From: Deltaproteobacteria bacterium
Lineage (GTDB): Bacteria > Myxococcota > Kuafuiibacteriia > Kuafuiibacteriales > Kuafuiibacteriaceae
NCBI GenBank assembly: GCA_040218735.1
Contig: JAVJQW010000043.1
Span: 128,001 to 192,000 of the forward strand
Length of the DNA: 64,000 nucleotides
Reading direction: 5' to 3'
In this document: positions 27,654 through 37,687 of the stretch, in pieces
Layout of the letters: every line of letters starts with the position of its first letter
How positions within the stretch are numbered: position 1 is the stretch's first letter
Notes under the pieces: generated by a model
What the model saw: only the letters and a program-made list of their open reading frames with translations
The model's database searches: none
What the model was told of the DNA's origin: nothing
Made by a program: the position numbers and the translations under genes

Positions 27654-28315
27654 TGATGCGTCGGGTCGTGCTCTTTGTGTCGCTGCTCGCGGCCTGCGGC
27701 GATCCGCTCGTCACGGAGCAGTACGCCGGGACGCCGACGTTCGAGATCGCGGGCGCCATCGTGCAGGCCAACGCGCGTATCCCGGCGAGCCACGGTGTGG
27801 CGAGCGCGCGCCTGTTCTGGATCGGCGCCGCGTCGTTGGACGGCGAGCAACCCGCCGAGCTCGGCGCCGGGTTCGCGGAGTTCTCGATGACGCTGTTCGA
27901 CCCACCGCCCCCCGCGGCGGCGGCGTTCTCGGACCGCGTCGACGTCGGGACGCTCGGCATCGCGGTCGTCGCGGTCTACGCCGACACCAACGACGATGCG
28001 CTCTTCGATCCCGAGGTCGACCGGCTGCTCGGCGCGAGCGCGCAGCACGTCGTCGTCTACACCAGCGACGGCGTCGACGCCGAAGACCCCGCGCACGCCT
28101 TCCTCGGCGCGTTGGAGCGCGGCTACCACGTCTTCGAGCACGACCGCGCGAGCACCTGCCGGTTCGTGCTCGCCGCCGACTGTGCGCCCGAGGGCGGCCT
28201 CGTACGCAGCGAGGACACCGGCGACGTGACGCTCACGCTGTGGGCCGAGCCGGGCGACGTTCAGGTCCCGGCGCCGGCGTTGGACGCCGACGTCAGCATC
28301 TGGTCCGCGCCGTAG
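27653..28315 (+). CDS. Lipoprotein, hypothetical
   Basis: MMRRVVLFVSLLAACGDPLV lipobox; YADTNDD Ca-loop-like motif. Coupled to the caspase gene stop. Confidence 0.75.
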   Translation: MMRRVVLFVSLLAACGDPLVTEQYAGTPTFEIAGAIVQANARIPASHGVASARLFWIGAASLDGEQPAELGAGFAEFSMTLFDPPPPAAAAFSDRVDVGTLGIAVVAVYADTNDDALFDPEVDRLLGASAQHVVVYTSDGVDAEDPAHAFLGALERGYHVFEHDRASTCRFVLAADCAPEGGLVRSEDTGDVTLTLWAEPGDVQVPAPALDADVSIWSAP

Positions 28316-28350
28316 GCCGCGGGCCGGGCGAATCGCGTAGAGTAGGGCGC

Positions 28351-30054
28351 ATGGCTCGCCGCGCCGCGCTCCTGTCGCTCGCCTTCGCGCTCGCCTGCGC
28401 CAACCCCGAAGAGGAGGAGCCCGTGCGACGCGACGCCGGCCCGGACCGCGACGCGGGTCGCGTGCGCGATGGCGGCCCACGGGATGGTGGCGCGCGCGAC
28501 GGCGGTTCGCGCGACGGCGGTTCGCGCGACGCCGGCTCCCGGGACGGTGGCGAGCTCGTCGTACCCGTGAGCCTCGCGTACACCGCCGCGGATGAAGTCG
28601 GCCTCCGCGCGCTCTTCGTGACCGCGTCCTCGACGACCAGCTACGAGGTCACGCCGACGCTCGCGGGCGGTCCGACGATCGACAGCAAGGGGGGCCCGAC
28701 CGGCTCTGGGGTCTTCGGCTTCGAGTGGATCGAGTATGGCGACGGCCTCATCTACGAAGCGCAGCAGGACACGTACGACCGCCGCGAGATCTACTTCGCG
28801 TTCCACCCGAACGCGCGCTCGGAGCGCGTGACCTACAAGCAGAGCCGCAGCGACGCCGACGGTCCGACGAGCGGGTTCGGCCTCTTTCCGACGGGGCGGT
28901 GGCACTACTTCTATCAAATCGATCAGAGCCGGACGAACTTCTACATCCGGCACTCGGGAACCTCGACCGCCTCACGTCGACTCAACCGCGGGACGGTGCT
29001 GGGCCTCTCGATCTCCTCGGCCGACTACGTCGCGTACCAGGACATCGTCGTGGGCGGCCCGAGCGACGATCGGGATCTGTGGGTCGCGTCGCCGAGCGCG
29101 GAGCCGTTCCGCGTCAACGCCGGCGCCAACGTCGGCTTCGGGGGCTCGATGGCGTGGGCGCCGGGCGGGCGCGAGATCGCGTACAACGCCGACGAGAGGT
29201 TCAGCCGCGTCTTCGAGCTGTATCGCTACGACGTCACCTTCGGCGGCGCCGGCGCGCGGGAGCTGATGTTCTCACCGATGCAGGCGAACGCGGACGTCAC
29301 CGTGGGCCAGGGGTCGGTCCAGTACTCGCCGGCCAACACCCATCTCGCGTATCTCGCCGACGCCGACACCGACGAGCTCGTCGAGCTGTACGAGATCGAT
29401 CTCACCGAGTCGCCGCCGCGTACGCAGCACAAGATCAGCGGCGTGTTCACGGCGGGCGCGGACGGCGTGGACCGCTTCGACTACAGCCCGGACGGGACCT
29501 ACGTGGCGTACGTCGCGGACGTCGACACCCTAGGGCTCGGAGAGCTGTACGTCGCGCGCTCCGGGATGCAGGAGGCGGTACGCATGCACCCCGCGCTCGC
29601 GGCGGGTGAACGCGTCATCGGGGAGCGCTGGCTCGAAGATGACCGCATCGCGTTCATCGTGTTGGGCAACGGCGCCCGCCGCGCTTTCGTCGCGGACCTC
29701 GCGACGTTCCCACCCGGCCCCGCGACCGAGCTTTCGAACCCGCCGTTCCAGTTCGCCGCGGCGAACCGATCGCCGTCCGGCCGCTACGTCGTCTACGTCG
29801 ACGACGCCTCGCCGCGAAACCTGTGGATGACGGACCTCACGGCGACCCCGCTCACGCAAACGATGGTGATCGCGAACGCGACGACATGGTGCTGGAGCTT
29901 CGATGACCAGCTCGCGGTCATCACGCAGCCGGACGGCGGCGACCGGACGCGCCTCGAGCTGATCCGCGACGTCGCGGCGCCCGCGCCGGTGTGGATCCGG
30001 ACGCCCGACGATCTCAACGTGCTGAATTGTAAGTTCGCACCCGAAGGGGAGTAA
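28351..30054 (+). CDS. TolB/PD40-like beta-propeller lipoprotein
   Basis: Lipobox ALAC, RDGG/RDAG linker repeats, and blades WAPGGREIAY, YSPANTHLAY, YSPDGTYVAY, SPSGRYVVY. Confidence 0.8.
   Translation: MARRAALLSLAFALACANPEEEEPVRRDAGPDRDAGRVRDGGPRDGGARDGGSRDGGSRDAGSRDGGELVVPVSLAYTAADEVGLRALFVTASSTTSYEVTPTLAGGPTIDSKGGPTGSGVFGFEWIEYGDGLIYEAQQDTYDRREIYFAFHPNARSERVTYKQSRSDADGPTSGFGLFPTGRWHYFYQIDQSRTNFYIRHSGTSTASRRLNRGTVLGLSISSADYVAYQDIVVGGPSDDRDLWVASPSAEPFRVNAGANVGFGGSMAWAPGGREIAYNADERFSRVFELYRYDVTFGGAGARELMFSPMQANADVTVGQGSVQYSPANTHLAYLADADTDELVELYEIDLTESPPRTQHKISGVFTAGADGVDRFDYSPDGTYVAYVADVDTLGLGELYVARSGMQEAVRMHPALAAGERVIGERWLEDDRIAFIVLGNGARRAFVADLATFPPGPATELSNPPFQFAAANRSPSGRYVVYVDDASPRNLWMTDLTATPLTQTMVIANATTWCWSFDDQLAVITQPDGGDRTRLELIRDVAAPAPVWIRTPDDLNVLNCKFAPEGE
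28428..28551 (+). repeat. In-frame 15-bp-like repeats encoding an RDGG(S/P/A) linker
   Basis: RRDAGPDRDAGRVRDGGPRDGGARDGGSRDGGSRDAGSRDGG; CGCGACGGCGGTTCG occurs in tandem. Confidence 0.8.
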
Positions 30055-30109
30055 CCGCCGAGGGAAACCGTAGGGAAGGTCTCGCCCCGGCCGGCGTACT
30101 CCTACTCCT

Positions 30110-31129
30110 GTGCAAGCGGTGTTCGAGATACGGACCTACTGGCATGGCGACCTCCTGGAGGTTGCCCACACCCCCTCGGCCACGGAGGGGCGCCGCGAGG
30201 AGGGCCCGCTGACGGTCGTCGTCGAGCGGGTCAAACGCACGCTCCCCAGGCCCCTCGCGCTCCCGGCCGACTACGCGTTCGCGCGCGTGCTGTGCCTCAC
30301 GGCCATCGTCGAGCTCGTGCTCTTCGGCGCCTTCCTACTCACGCCGAAGAACGACCTGCTCTACGTGCTCGGAGATGAGCTCGGGACCATGAAGTCGCTG
30401 CCGGGGCCCGACTGGGTCGGTCACACCCGCCACGCGATCTTCGCGGGGCCGTCCGGGACCCCCGACGGCGGCGGCGGCGGCGCTCGACGCCGCGGGCCGC
30501 TCTTGCGCTCTCCGCCCGGGTCGCGAACCTACCAGCGCCCCGAGGTCCCGAAGGGGCTCCTCGCGATGCTCGCGACCTCGAAGGTCGACTCCAAGATGTG
30601 GTCTGCCTTTTCCGTGAGCAGCAGCGGCGTCGAAGGCGGCGTCGAAGCCGGCGTCCTCGGCACGCTGGTCGGCGGCTCCATCGAGAACACCTACGGATCG
30701 GGTGGCCTCGGCCTGCGCGGCACCGGCCGCGGCGGCGGCGGGACCGGCGAAGGGGTCATCGGCCTCGGGTCTGTCGGCGTCATCGGGCGCGGTGCGGGCG
30801 GCGGCGGCGTGGGTTATGGCCGCCTCGGCGGCCTGGCCAAGAAGCGCAAGAAGCGCAAGGACGACCCCAACACCCGCGTCGTCTACTGCAAGGAGATCGT
30901 CGACTTCGTCCTCGAGCTGATGCCCGACGACGGCGACGATCGCCCCTCTCGCGCCGCCCTCTACCGCACCTGCCGCAGCACCGTCGGCACGACCGCGATG
31001 GAAGGCATGACCTGCATCGGCAAGGCGAAGGACGAACACGACGGGCGCATCGAGCTGCTGCTCCGTTGCGGCGACAAACTCCCGAAGCGCTTCAAGGATG
31101 CGCTGAAGAAAGAAGGCATGCGCGAGTGA
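30110..31129 (+). CDS. AgmX/GltG-like Gly-rich membrane protein with an atypical Cys-containing C-terminus
   Basis: N-terminal YWHGDLLEVAH, one TM segment, GSGGLGLRGTGRGGGGTGEGVIGLGSVG typical of GltG/AgmX-type proteins. Confidence 0.55.
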   Translation: MQAVFEIRTYWHGDLLEVAHTPSATEGRREEGPLTVVVERVKRTLPRPLALPADYAFARVLCLTAIVELVLFGAFLLTPKNDLLYVLGDELGTMKSLPGPDWVGHTRHAIFAGPSGTPDGGGGGARRRGPLLRSPPGSRTYQRPEVPKGLLAMLATSKVDSKMWSAFSVSSSGVEGGVEAGVLGTLVGGSIENTYGSGGLGLRGTGRGGGGTGEGVIGLGSVGVIGRGAGGGGVGYGRLGGLAKKRKKRKDDPNTRVVYCKEIVDFVLELMPDDGDDRPSRAALYRTCRSTVGTTAMEGMTCIGKAKDEHDGRIELLLRCGDKLPKRFKDALKKEGMRE

Positions 31130-31132
31130 CGC

Positions 31133-32224
31133 TCACGCGTCGAGCCAGAGGTCGTGCGCCCGGCTGCTGACGGGGGCGACCGTCAGCGTCTGTCCGTCCC
31201 AGACCAACGCCGACTCCGCGAGGTTCACCGTTGGGCACACGTGCTTCGGAACGAGCCGGACCGCGGTGCCGAGCGGGAGCGGCGCCCCGTCGACGCGACA
31301 CGGGAGGTGCTCCTCGCTCGGCGTCAGCGCGGTCAGCTCCGGGTGGTCGAGTACGGCCGCGCACGGATCGCCGGCCGCGGCGTCGATGGCCTTGCTCCCC
31401 GCGTCGAGCGTGAGCATCCCAGGCGCCGGGTGACTCACGACGCGCGCGACCACCTGCGCCGCGGACTCGAAGTCGAGCTCCTCGCAGGTGTCGGTGCGCA
31501 GGTCGTCGTAGACCACCGTGCCCGGTGAGACGCGATGGGCGGCGGACAGCGTCGTGAACGGCTCGTACGTGAGCGCCGCGGCGAACGACGGGGTTCCGCT
31601 CGTGACCAGCTCGGGCACGACGAAGCGCTCTTCGAGGCGCAACATCGTCGCCATCAACGGTTCGTAGGCGGCGCGGCACTGCGCGCGTCGCGCTTCCGTA
31701 GAGCCAGAGTGCACGTGACCTTCGTAGGCGTGAACACCGAGGAAGCGATGTCCGGCCGCGTTCACGATGCGTTCGATGGTCTCCACCCGATCCACCGGGA
31801 CGCCGGTGCGGTTCATGCCGACGTTCACGTCGACGAACAGCCCCAGCTCCGAGGGCACCGCGGAGGCGTGGTCGGCGTCCTCCGTGAGCACCGAGAGTCG
31901 GACGCCCCGGTGCTTGCGCGCGAGTGTGGCGAGTCGTTGGAGCGCCGGTCCCTGGTGCGGATACGCGACGAGCACGTCCGCGCCGTCGTCCACGACCGAC
32001 AGCAAGTGCTGGGCCTCGCGCGTCGTCGCGCACTTGAAGCGTCGCAGCCCGGACGCGTGGAGGAGCTCGAACGTGCGCACCAGCTTCGACGTCTTCACGT
32101 GCGGGCGGAGCCGCTCGAGCCCGGCCATCGCGACGAGTCGATCCACGTTCCGCTGCGCCGCCGTCAGGTCGATCAGGAGCGCCGGCGTGATCACCTTCGC
32201 GAGGGTGGCGTCGTCGAGTTTCAT
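31133..32224 (-). CDS. D-threonine aldolase / DSD1 family PLP-dependent enzyme
   Basis: TPALLID, LRPHVKTSK, KCATTREA, GMNRTGV, HAYEGH, SEEH, PKHVCPTVNL. Confidence 0.92.
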   Translation of the reverse strand: MKLDDATLAKVITPALLIDLTAAQRNVDRLVAMAGLERLRPHVKTSKLVRTFELLHASGLRRFKCATTREAQHLLSVVDDGADVLVAYPHQGPALQRLATLARKHRGVRLSVLTEDADHASAVPSELGLFVDVNVGMNRTGVPVDRVETIERIVNAAGHRFLGVHAYEGHVHSGSTEARRAQCRAAYEPLMATMLRLEERFVVPELVTSGTPSFAAALTYEPFTTLSAAHRVSPGTVVYDDLRTDTCEELDFESAAQVVARVVSHPAPGMLTLDAGSKAIDAAAGDPCAAVLDHPELTALTPSEEHLPCRVDGAPLPLGTAVRLVPKHVCPTVNLAESALVWDGQTLTVAPVSSRAHDLWLDA

Positions 32225-33543
32225 GGGACCTCCGCGAGGTCGATGCCGACCGCGCGTCGCAGATCTTCCTTCGCGACCTCGATGTCGTAGCGCGCCTCGA
32301 CCATCGTGCGCTGCGCGGCGGTCAGGTTGATCTCCGCATCACGGAGCTCGAGCGCCGTGCCGCGGCCCGCTTCGAACAATCCGCGCGCGAGGCGCACCGC
32401 CTCTTCGGCAGCGCGCACGCCGCGCTTCGACAGCGTGTGGATGCGGCGCTGCTTCTCGAGCTGGCCGAGCTGCTCGTCGACGTTGGAGATCGCGCGCCGC
32501 ACGTTGTCGTCGAGTGTCGCGACGAGCTTGCGCAGCTCGATGCGCGCGCGCTGCACGCGGGCGTCGGTGGCGCGGCCTTCGAAGAGATTCCACTGCAGTC
32601 GCAGGCTCGCCGCCGCGAAGTAGTCCTCGAGCGGGTTGCCGAAGAAGATGCTCGCCGTCGGGTTGTTGCGCTGATAGCTCATCTGAATCGCGAGCGTCGG
32701 CCAATAGTCGGCCTTCGCGATGTCGATGTCCTTGGTGGCGGCCTCCATCTCGGCGCGCTGCTGTTCGAGGTCGGGGCGATGGTGCAGCGCTGCCTTCGTG
32801 AGTCGTTCCCGGGCCGGGACGTTGATCGCGACGGTCGACGAGCGTACGGACGCCGTCATCTCGAGCTCGACGCCCGTCTCGGCCGGACGACCCATCTGGA
32901 TGTTCAGCGCTTGCGCGGCGAGCTGCCGGTTCAGGAGGAGGTTCTCGCGCTCGATGAGGTCCGAGGTGAGGTTGCGCTCCGCCGTCGCCACGTCGCGCGA
33001 CGTTCCGCGCCCCACCTCCAAGAGTGTCTTCGCGCGGCCGAGCTGATCCTCCGAGAGCGAGACGCGCTGATCGATCGTCTTGAGCGCGTAGTCCGCCTTG
33101 GCGAGGCTGTAGAACGCGCGCGTCGTCAGGGCGCGCACCTCGTTCTCGATGGAACGCAGCGCAGCTCTCTGACTCGCCTCTACGTCCGACACTCGCGCGA
33201 GCACCTTCCACCACCGGCCGCCGTCGAAGATCAGCTGCTGCGCCGACAGCCCGAGCGAGAGCTGACCGCTCACGTTCGTCGCACCGGCACCGATGACGAC
33301 GGGCTGCCCCGGTTGGGTCACGTTCCCGGCGCCGTTCGCAGAGTTCGTGATGAGCGTGCTCGCGCTCGCCGACATGTCGAGGCGCGGGAGGATCGCCGAG
33401 AGCGCCGTCATGTGCTCGACGTCCACCAGCACGACGTTCTCGCGCGCAACGATCACCGTCGCCGCATGCTCGCTTGCGAAGTCGATGGCCTCGTCGAGCG
33501 TTAGCGGCTGCGCCGCCGTGACGAGCAGCAGAGGGAGGAGCAT
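32221..33543 (-). CDS. TolC-family outer membrane efflux protein
   Basis: Signal peptide, LTLDEAIDFA, QLIFDGG, ALHHRPDL, KADYWPTL, LQWNLFEG, FEAGRGTALELRDAE. Confidence 0.9.
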   Translation of the reverse strand: MLLPLLLVTAAQPLTLDEAIDFASEHAATVIVARENVVLVDVEHMTALSAILPRLDMSASASTLITNSANGAGNVTQPGQPVVIGAGATNVSGQLSLGLSAQQLIFDGGRWWKVLARVSDVEASQRAALRSIENEVRALTTRAFYSLAKADYALKTIDQRVSLSEDQLGRAKTLLEVGRGTSRDVATAERNLTSDLIERENLLLNRQLAAQALNIQMGRPAETGVELEMTASVRSSTVAINVPARERLTKAALHHRPDLEQQRAEMEAATKDIDIAKADYWPTLAIQMSYQRNNPTASIFFGNPLEDYFAAASLRLQWNLFEGRATDARVQRARIELRKLVATLDDNVRRAISNVDEQLGQLEKQRRIHTLSKRGVRAAEEAVRLARGLFEAGRGTALELRDAEINLTAAQRTMVEARYDIEVAKEDLRRAVGIDLAEVP

Positions 33544-34103
33544 CAGCGCGTGATCCAGTTTTCGGCGAACGCGCCGTCCGACGCGACGTCCTCCGGCGCG
33601 CGCCGGTAGTGCGCGGTGAGGAACGCTTCGATGTCGTCCGTGCACACCTCGTCCGCGAGGTACGTCCACTCCCAGGTCACGACCGCGATCGGCTGCGGCA
33701 GCCCGTCGTAGGGCGCGAGGATGTACCGGAACGCGCCGCCGGTGTCCGCCGGGCGGGATGTCGCGAACGTTCGCATCCCGGCGGCGACGTCGTCCGGATC
33801 CCCGGGCGCGTACAAAAACGCCGCGCCGCCGTGTTCCAGGTTGTGGAGCCACCGGTCCGGCCCGAGCTCGGAGTACTCACCCCACTTCGCCCACTGCGGC
33901 CGGTGGTTGCCGCTCGACGGGGGTGAATCGACGTAGTCGATCGGCGTCGGCTCCGAGACGTGTGCGGCGCCGCGGCTGTCCGTCTGCGTGATCGTCCCGC
34001 ACGCCGTCGGGCCGGCGTCGGCGTTCATCGTCGTGTCGTCGTCGGTGTCGTCGCCGCTGCAGCCAGCGAGGACGAGCGCGATCACCAGGCCCCATCGCTT
34101 CAT
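33543..34103 (-). CDS. DUF3105 family lipoprotein
   Basis: MKRWGLVIALVLAGC lipobox; PPSSGNH, WLHNLEHG, PIAVVTW. Confidence 0.85.
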   Translation of the reverse strand: MKRWGLVIALVLAGCSGDDTDDDTTMNADAGPTACGTITQTDSRGAAHVSEPTPIDYVDSPPSSGNHRPQWAKWGEYSELGPDRWLHNLEHGGAAFLYAPGDPDDVAAGMRTFATSRPADTGGAFRYILAPYDGLPQPIAVVTWEWTYLADEVCTDDIEAFLTAHYRRAPEDVASDGAFAENWITR

Positions 34104-34141
34104 CGGCAACAGCGCTAACAAACAACGACGTCGCCGGTAAA

Positions 34142-34885
34142 CTACGGTCGAACGTGGGCGCCGCGGGCGGCGAGGGCCTCGCGCACCTCGCGCACGGTGT
34201 GTTGACCGAAGTGAAAGATCGACGCCGCGAGCACGGCGTCGGCCCCCGCGATCTCGAGCCCGTCGTAGAGGTGGTCGATCGTCCCGACCCCGCCGGACGC
34301 CACGACCGGGACGTCGACCGCGTCGACGACGGCGCGGGTGGTCTCGAGGTCGTAGCCGCCCTTGGTCCCGTCGTGGTCCATCGAGGTCAGCAGGATCTCC
34401 CCCGCCCCGCGCTCGGTGACCTCGCGAGCCCAGGCCAGGCTGTCGACGCCCGTCGGTTTGCGTCCCCCTGCGACGTAGACTTCGCCGCCGCGGGTGTCGA
34501 TCGCGACCACCAGGCACTGCGATCCCACCGCCGCGACGATGCGGTCGATCAGCGTCGGATCCTTCACCGCCGCCGAGTTCACGGCGACCTTGTCGGCGCC
34601 GTGGTCGAGGAGGCGCCGCACGTCGTCGACCTTGCGCACGCCGCCGCCCACCGTCAGCGGGACGCGCACGCGATCCGCGGTGCGCTCCACGGTGTCGTAG
34701 AGCGTGTCGCGCTCGTCCGACGTCGCCGTGATGTCGAGGAAACAGATCTCGTCGGCGCCGTCCTGGTCGTAGCGTTCGGCGCACTCGGCGGGGTTACCGG
34801 CGTCGGTCAGCCCCACGAACTGCACGCCCTTCACGACGCGCCCGTCCTTCACGTCGAGGCACGGGATGATCCGGCGGTAAGGCAT
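34142..34885 (-). CDS. hisF: Imidazole glycerol phosphate synthase cyclase subunit
   Basis: [69 protein letters not shown]. Confidence 0.97.
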   Translation of the reverse strand: MPYRRIIPCLDVKDGRVVKGVQFVGLTDAGNPAECAERYDQDGADEICFLDITATSDERDTLYDTVERTADRVRVPLTVGGGVRKVDDVRRLLDHGADKVAVNSAAVKDPTLIDRIVAAVGSQCLVVAIDTRGGEVYVAGGRKPTGVDSLAWAREVTERGAGEILLTSMDHDGTKGGYDLETTRAVVDAVDVPVVASGGVGTIDHLYDGLEIAGADAVLAASIFHFGQHTVREVREALAARGAHVRP

Positions 34886-35598
34886 CAGCGGGTCCGCTGG
34901 ATCGCCGCGCGCAGATCGAGATCGCCGTCGTAGATCGCACGCCCGACGACGACCCCCGCGACGTTCGTGGGCAGCAACGCATCGACGTCTTCGATGCTCT
35001 TCACGCCGCCCGACGCGTACACCGGGATCGACACCGCCGACGCGAGGTCGACCGTCGCCTGCACGTTCACGCCCTTGCCGGTCCCGTCCCGCGCGATGTC
35101 GGTCGTGATGATCCCCGCCGCGCCCGCGTCCGCCACGAACTTGGCGACGTCGAGCACCGTCCGGTCCGAAGCCTCCGTCCAACCCTCCGTGCGCACGAAA
35201 CCGTCGCGCCCGTCGATGCCGGCGAGGATCCGCCCGGGGTGGGCGGCACAGAGCGCCGAGAAGTCGTCGGGCGCCTTCACGATCATCGTGCCGATCATCG
35301 CGAACCGCACGCCGGCCTCGAACAGCGCCTCGACGGCCGCCGCGTTGCGCAGGCCACCGCCGACCTCCACGTCGACCTCCACCGCGTCGACGATCGAGCG
35401 GATGACGTCGAGGTTCTTGGGCCGCCCGTCGAACGCGCCGTCGAGGTCCACGACGTGGATGCGCTCGGCGCCCGCTTCGACGAACGCACGCGCCACCGCG
35501 ACGGGATCCTCGGCGACGGTACGCGTCGAGTCGCGCGCACCTTCGTACAGGCGCACGCACCGGCCGTCCGCCAGGTCGATCGCAGGGATGACGAGCAC
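34885..35598 (-). CDS. hisA: ProFAR isomerase
   Basis: [55 protein letters not shown]. Confidence 0.96.
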   Translation of the reverse strand: MLVIPAIDLADGRCVRLYEGARDSTRTVAEDPVAVARAFVEAGAERIHVVDLDGAFDGRPKNLDVIRSIVDAVEVDVEVGGGLRNAAAVEALFEAGVRFAMIGTMIVKAPDDFSALCAAHPGRILAGIDGRDGFVRTEGWTEASDRTVLDVAKFVADAGAAGIITTDIARDGTGKGVNVQATVDLASAVSIPVYASGGVKSIEDVDALLPTNVAGVVVGRAIYDGDLDLRAAIQRTR

Positions 35599-35605
35599 GG
35601 CGAAG

Positions 35606-37600
35606 TCAGGGGACCTTGTCGAGCTGACAGTCGACGGTCGCCGTGGCCTCCGTCGTCGACGCGAGCGCCCGCACACAGGTCGTGTGGCCTGAAAGCTCGA
35701 ACTGAATCGAGTGCGCCCGGTTGCCTTCGACGTTCTTGAACGTGAACGGCGTCTTCGCCCCGGTGTCCTTCCCGTCCAGGAGGATCTTCGCGCCCGGCGG
35801 CGTCGACGTGAGCGTCACCTCGACCATCGGCGACTGCGACCCCTGCCAGAGCCACACCGCGTAGGCGATCGCACCCACGAGCGCCCCGAGCCCGGCGACG
35901 AAGAACACCAACCCGAGTTTGTCGCTCTTCGGCGCGTCCTCTTCCGCGAGCACCGTCCGCGAGCGCGGCGTCACGTTCTGCGCCGGGTCCTGTTGAATCG
36001 GCGGACGCGCGGGCGTGTGCTGGTGCGGTCGCGGCGGTGAGACGGGCACGCGCCCCTGCCGCGCCTGGTTGGCGGCGTGGACCGCCGGATCCACCGGCTG
36101 CACCGAGACCTCGCTGCTCCGTGGTTTGACCTGGACGCCGGGTGAGTAGTCGTGACGCGCGCGGGCGGCGTTGTTGCGAAGCTCCGCCATCTCCTCCGCG
36201 GAGAGTGTGCCGAGCATGGTCGGCAGCTCGCCGTCGTGCTCCTCCGGGAGCTGCTGGGCGGGCATCTCGAGGTTCGTCGGGCCGTCATCGTCGGCCGCGG
36301 GGTCGTCGTCGAAGAGGCCGCGCACCTGCGACGAGAAGCGGCGCCGCGACGTCCCCGGATTGGTGTAGCCGCTGTGTGCAAGGAAGGCCGGTGCGCCCCC
36401 TTCGGCCGGGTCGCGCATCGGCTCCGGGCTGCGCGATATCTCGACCACGCGATCGCGCTGGCCGCGGGGGAGGGCGTCCGCGCTGGAGCTCTCGTCGATG
36501 ACGACCTGCGGGCGTCGCCGCTCGGGTTGATTCCCCGCGTCCTGCGGGGGCGCGAGGTCTTCGGCGCGGCCCTGGACCATCGCTTCGATGAGGGCGTCGT
36601 CGTCGCCGCGCGCGCGCGCAGCGCGCTCGAGCTCGATGCGGTCCGCGAACAGGTCCGTCATGAACCGCCCGAGCATCGACGTGGGCGCCGGGGTGCGGTT
36701 CTCCTGGAGGAAGCGCTCCAACGCGTTGAGCATCTCCCCGGCGGTCGAGAAGCGATCCCCCGGGGCCTTGCGCATCGCGCGCATGAAGATCTCGCCGAGC
36801 CCGCCCGGGAACTGTGAGTCGATCGAACAGGGGTGGGGCGGATCCTTGTCGAGGATCGCGCGCAGCACCTCCATGTCCGACTCCGCGTAGAACGGGTGCC
36901 GACGCAGCAGCAGCTCGTAGAACACCTCCGCGAGCGCGAACAGGTCGGAGCGTCCGTCGACCTTCCCGCCGCTGACTTGCTCCGGTGACATGTACGCGAA
37001 CTTGCCCTTGATGAGCCCCGCGCGGGTCTGGTGGAGGCGGCCTTCGGCCTTCGCGACGCCGAAGTCGACCAGCTTCACCGTGCCGTCGTAGGTCACGATG
37101 ATGTTCTGCGGAGACACGTCGCGGTGCACGACGTTCATCCTCCGCCCGCTGCGGTCACTGAACGCGTGCGCGTAGTCGAGCGCGTCCAGCGCGCTGCAGC
37201 ACACGCGCACCGCGAGCGGCATCGGCAGCTCCGCGTTGCGACCGTGCAGTCGCGCGAGGAGGTCGCGCAGGTTCACCCCGCGCAGCAGCTCCATCGAGAT
37301 GAAGAGGGAACCGTCCAACTCGCCGAGCTCGTAGATGTGGACGACGTTCGGGTGCCGCAGCTGCGAGGCGATGTTCGCCTCGTCGTAGAACATCTGGACG
37401 AACTCTTGGTCGGACTGCAGCTCGGGGAGGAGGCGCTTGAGGACGACTTCGCGCTCCTGACCGTTCGAGGTCCGCATGCGCGACAGATAGATCTCCGCCA
37501 TACCGCCCGACGCGATGCGTCCGACGATCTCGTAGCGATCCTCCGCAGGAATCGACGTGTCGATGCCGGCGGCGGTCGGTCTGGGGCCTACGTGCGCCAA
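35606..37600 (-). CDS. Hanks-type Ser/Thr protein kinase with TM segment and PEGA domain
   Basis: IASGGMAEIY, VVLKR, VHRDVSPQN, DFGVAK, YMSPEQ; TM; STPPGAKILLDG (PEGA). Confidence 0.93.
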   Translation of the reverse strand: MAHVGPRPTAAGIDTSIPAEDRYEIVGRIASGGMAEIYLSRMRTSNGQEREVVLKRLLPELQSDQEFVQMFYDEANIASQLRHPNVVHIYELGELDGSLFISMELLRGVNLRDLLARLHGRNAELPMPLAVRVCCSALDALDYAHAFSDRSGRRMNVVHRDVSPQNIIVTYDGTVKLVDFGVAKAEGRLHQTRAGLIKGKFAYMSPEQVSGGKVDGRSDLFALAEVFYELLLRRHPFYAESDMEVLRAILDKDPPHPCSIDSQFPGGLGEIFMRAMRKAPGDRFSTAGEMLNALERFLQENRTPAPTSMLGRFMTDLFADRIELERAARARGDDDALIEAMVQGRAEDLAPPQDAGNQPERRRPQVVIDESSSADALPRGQRDRVVEISRSPEPMRDPAEGGAPAFLAHSGYTNPGTSRRRFSSQVRGLFDDDPAADDDGPTNLEMPAQQLPEEHDGELPTMLGTLSAEEMAELRNNAARARHDYSPGVQVKPRSSEVSVQPVDPAVHAANQARQGRVPVSPPRPHQHTPARPPIQQDPAQNVTPRSRTVLAEEDAPKSDKLGLVFFVAGLGALVGAIAYAVWLWQGSQSPMVEVTLTSTPPGAKILLDGKDTGAKTPFTFKNVEGNRAHSIQFELSGHTTCVRALASTTEATATVDCQLDKVP

Positions 37601-37687
37601 GCGGTCAGGTCTCAGTGATAGTCAGGGTCCGAGCGTGACGCAAGGGTGGGCGAGCACTGCCCTGATCTGGGGCACTTGGTCGAGGGT

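Noticed and set aside
28428-28551. RDGG repeats as a mobile or regulatory DNA repeat
   Set aside because: They form an in-frame low-complexity linker after a lipobox, which is common in lipoproteins of this kind.
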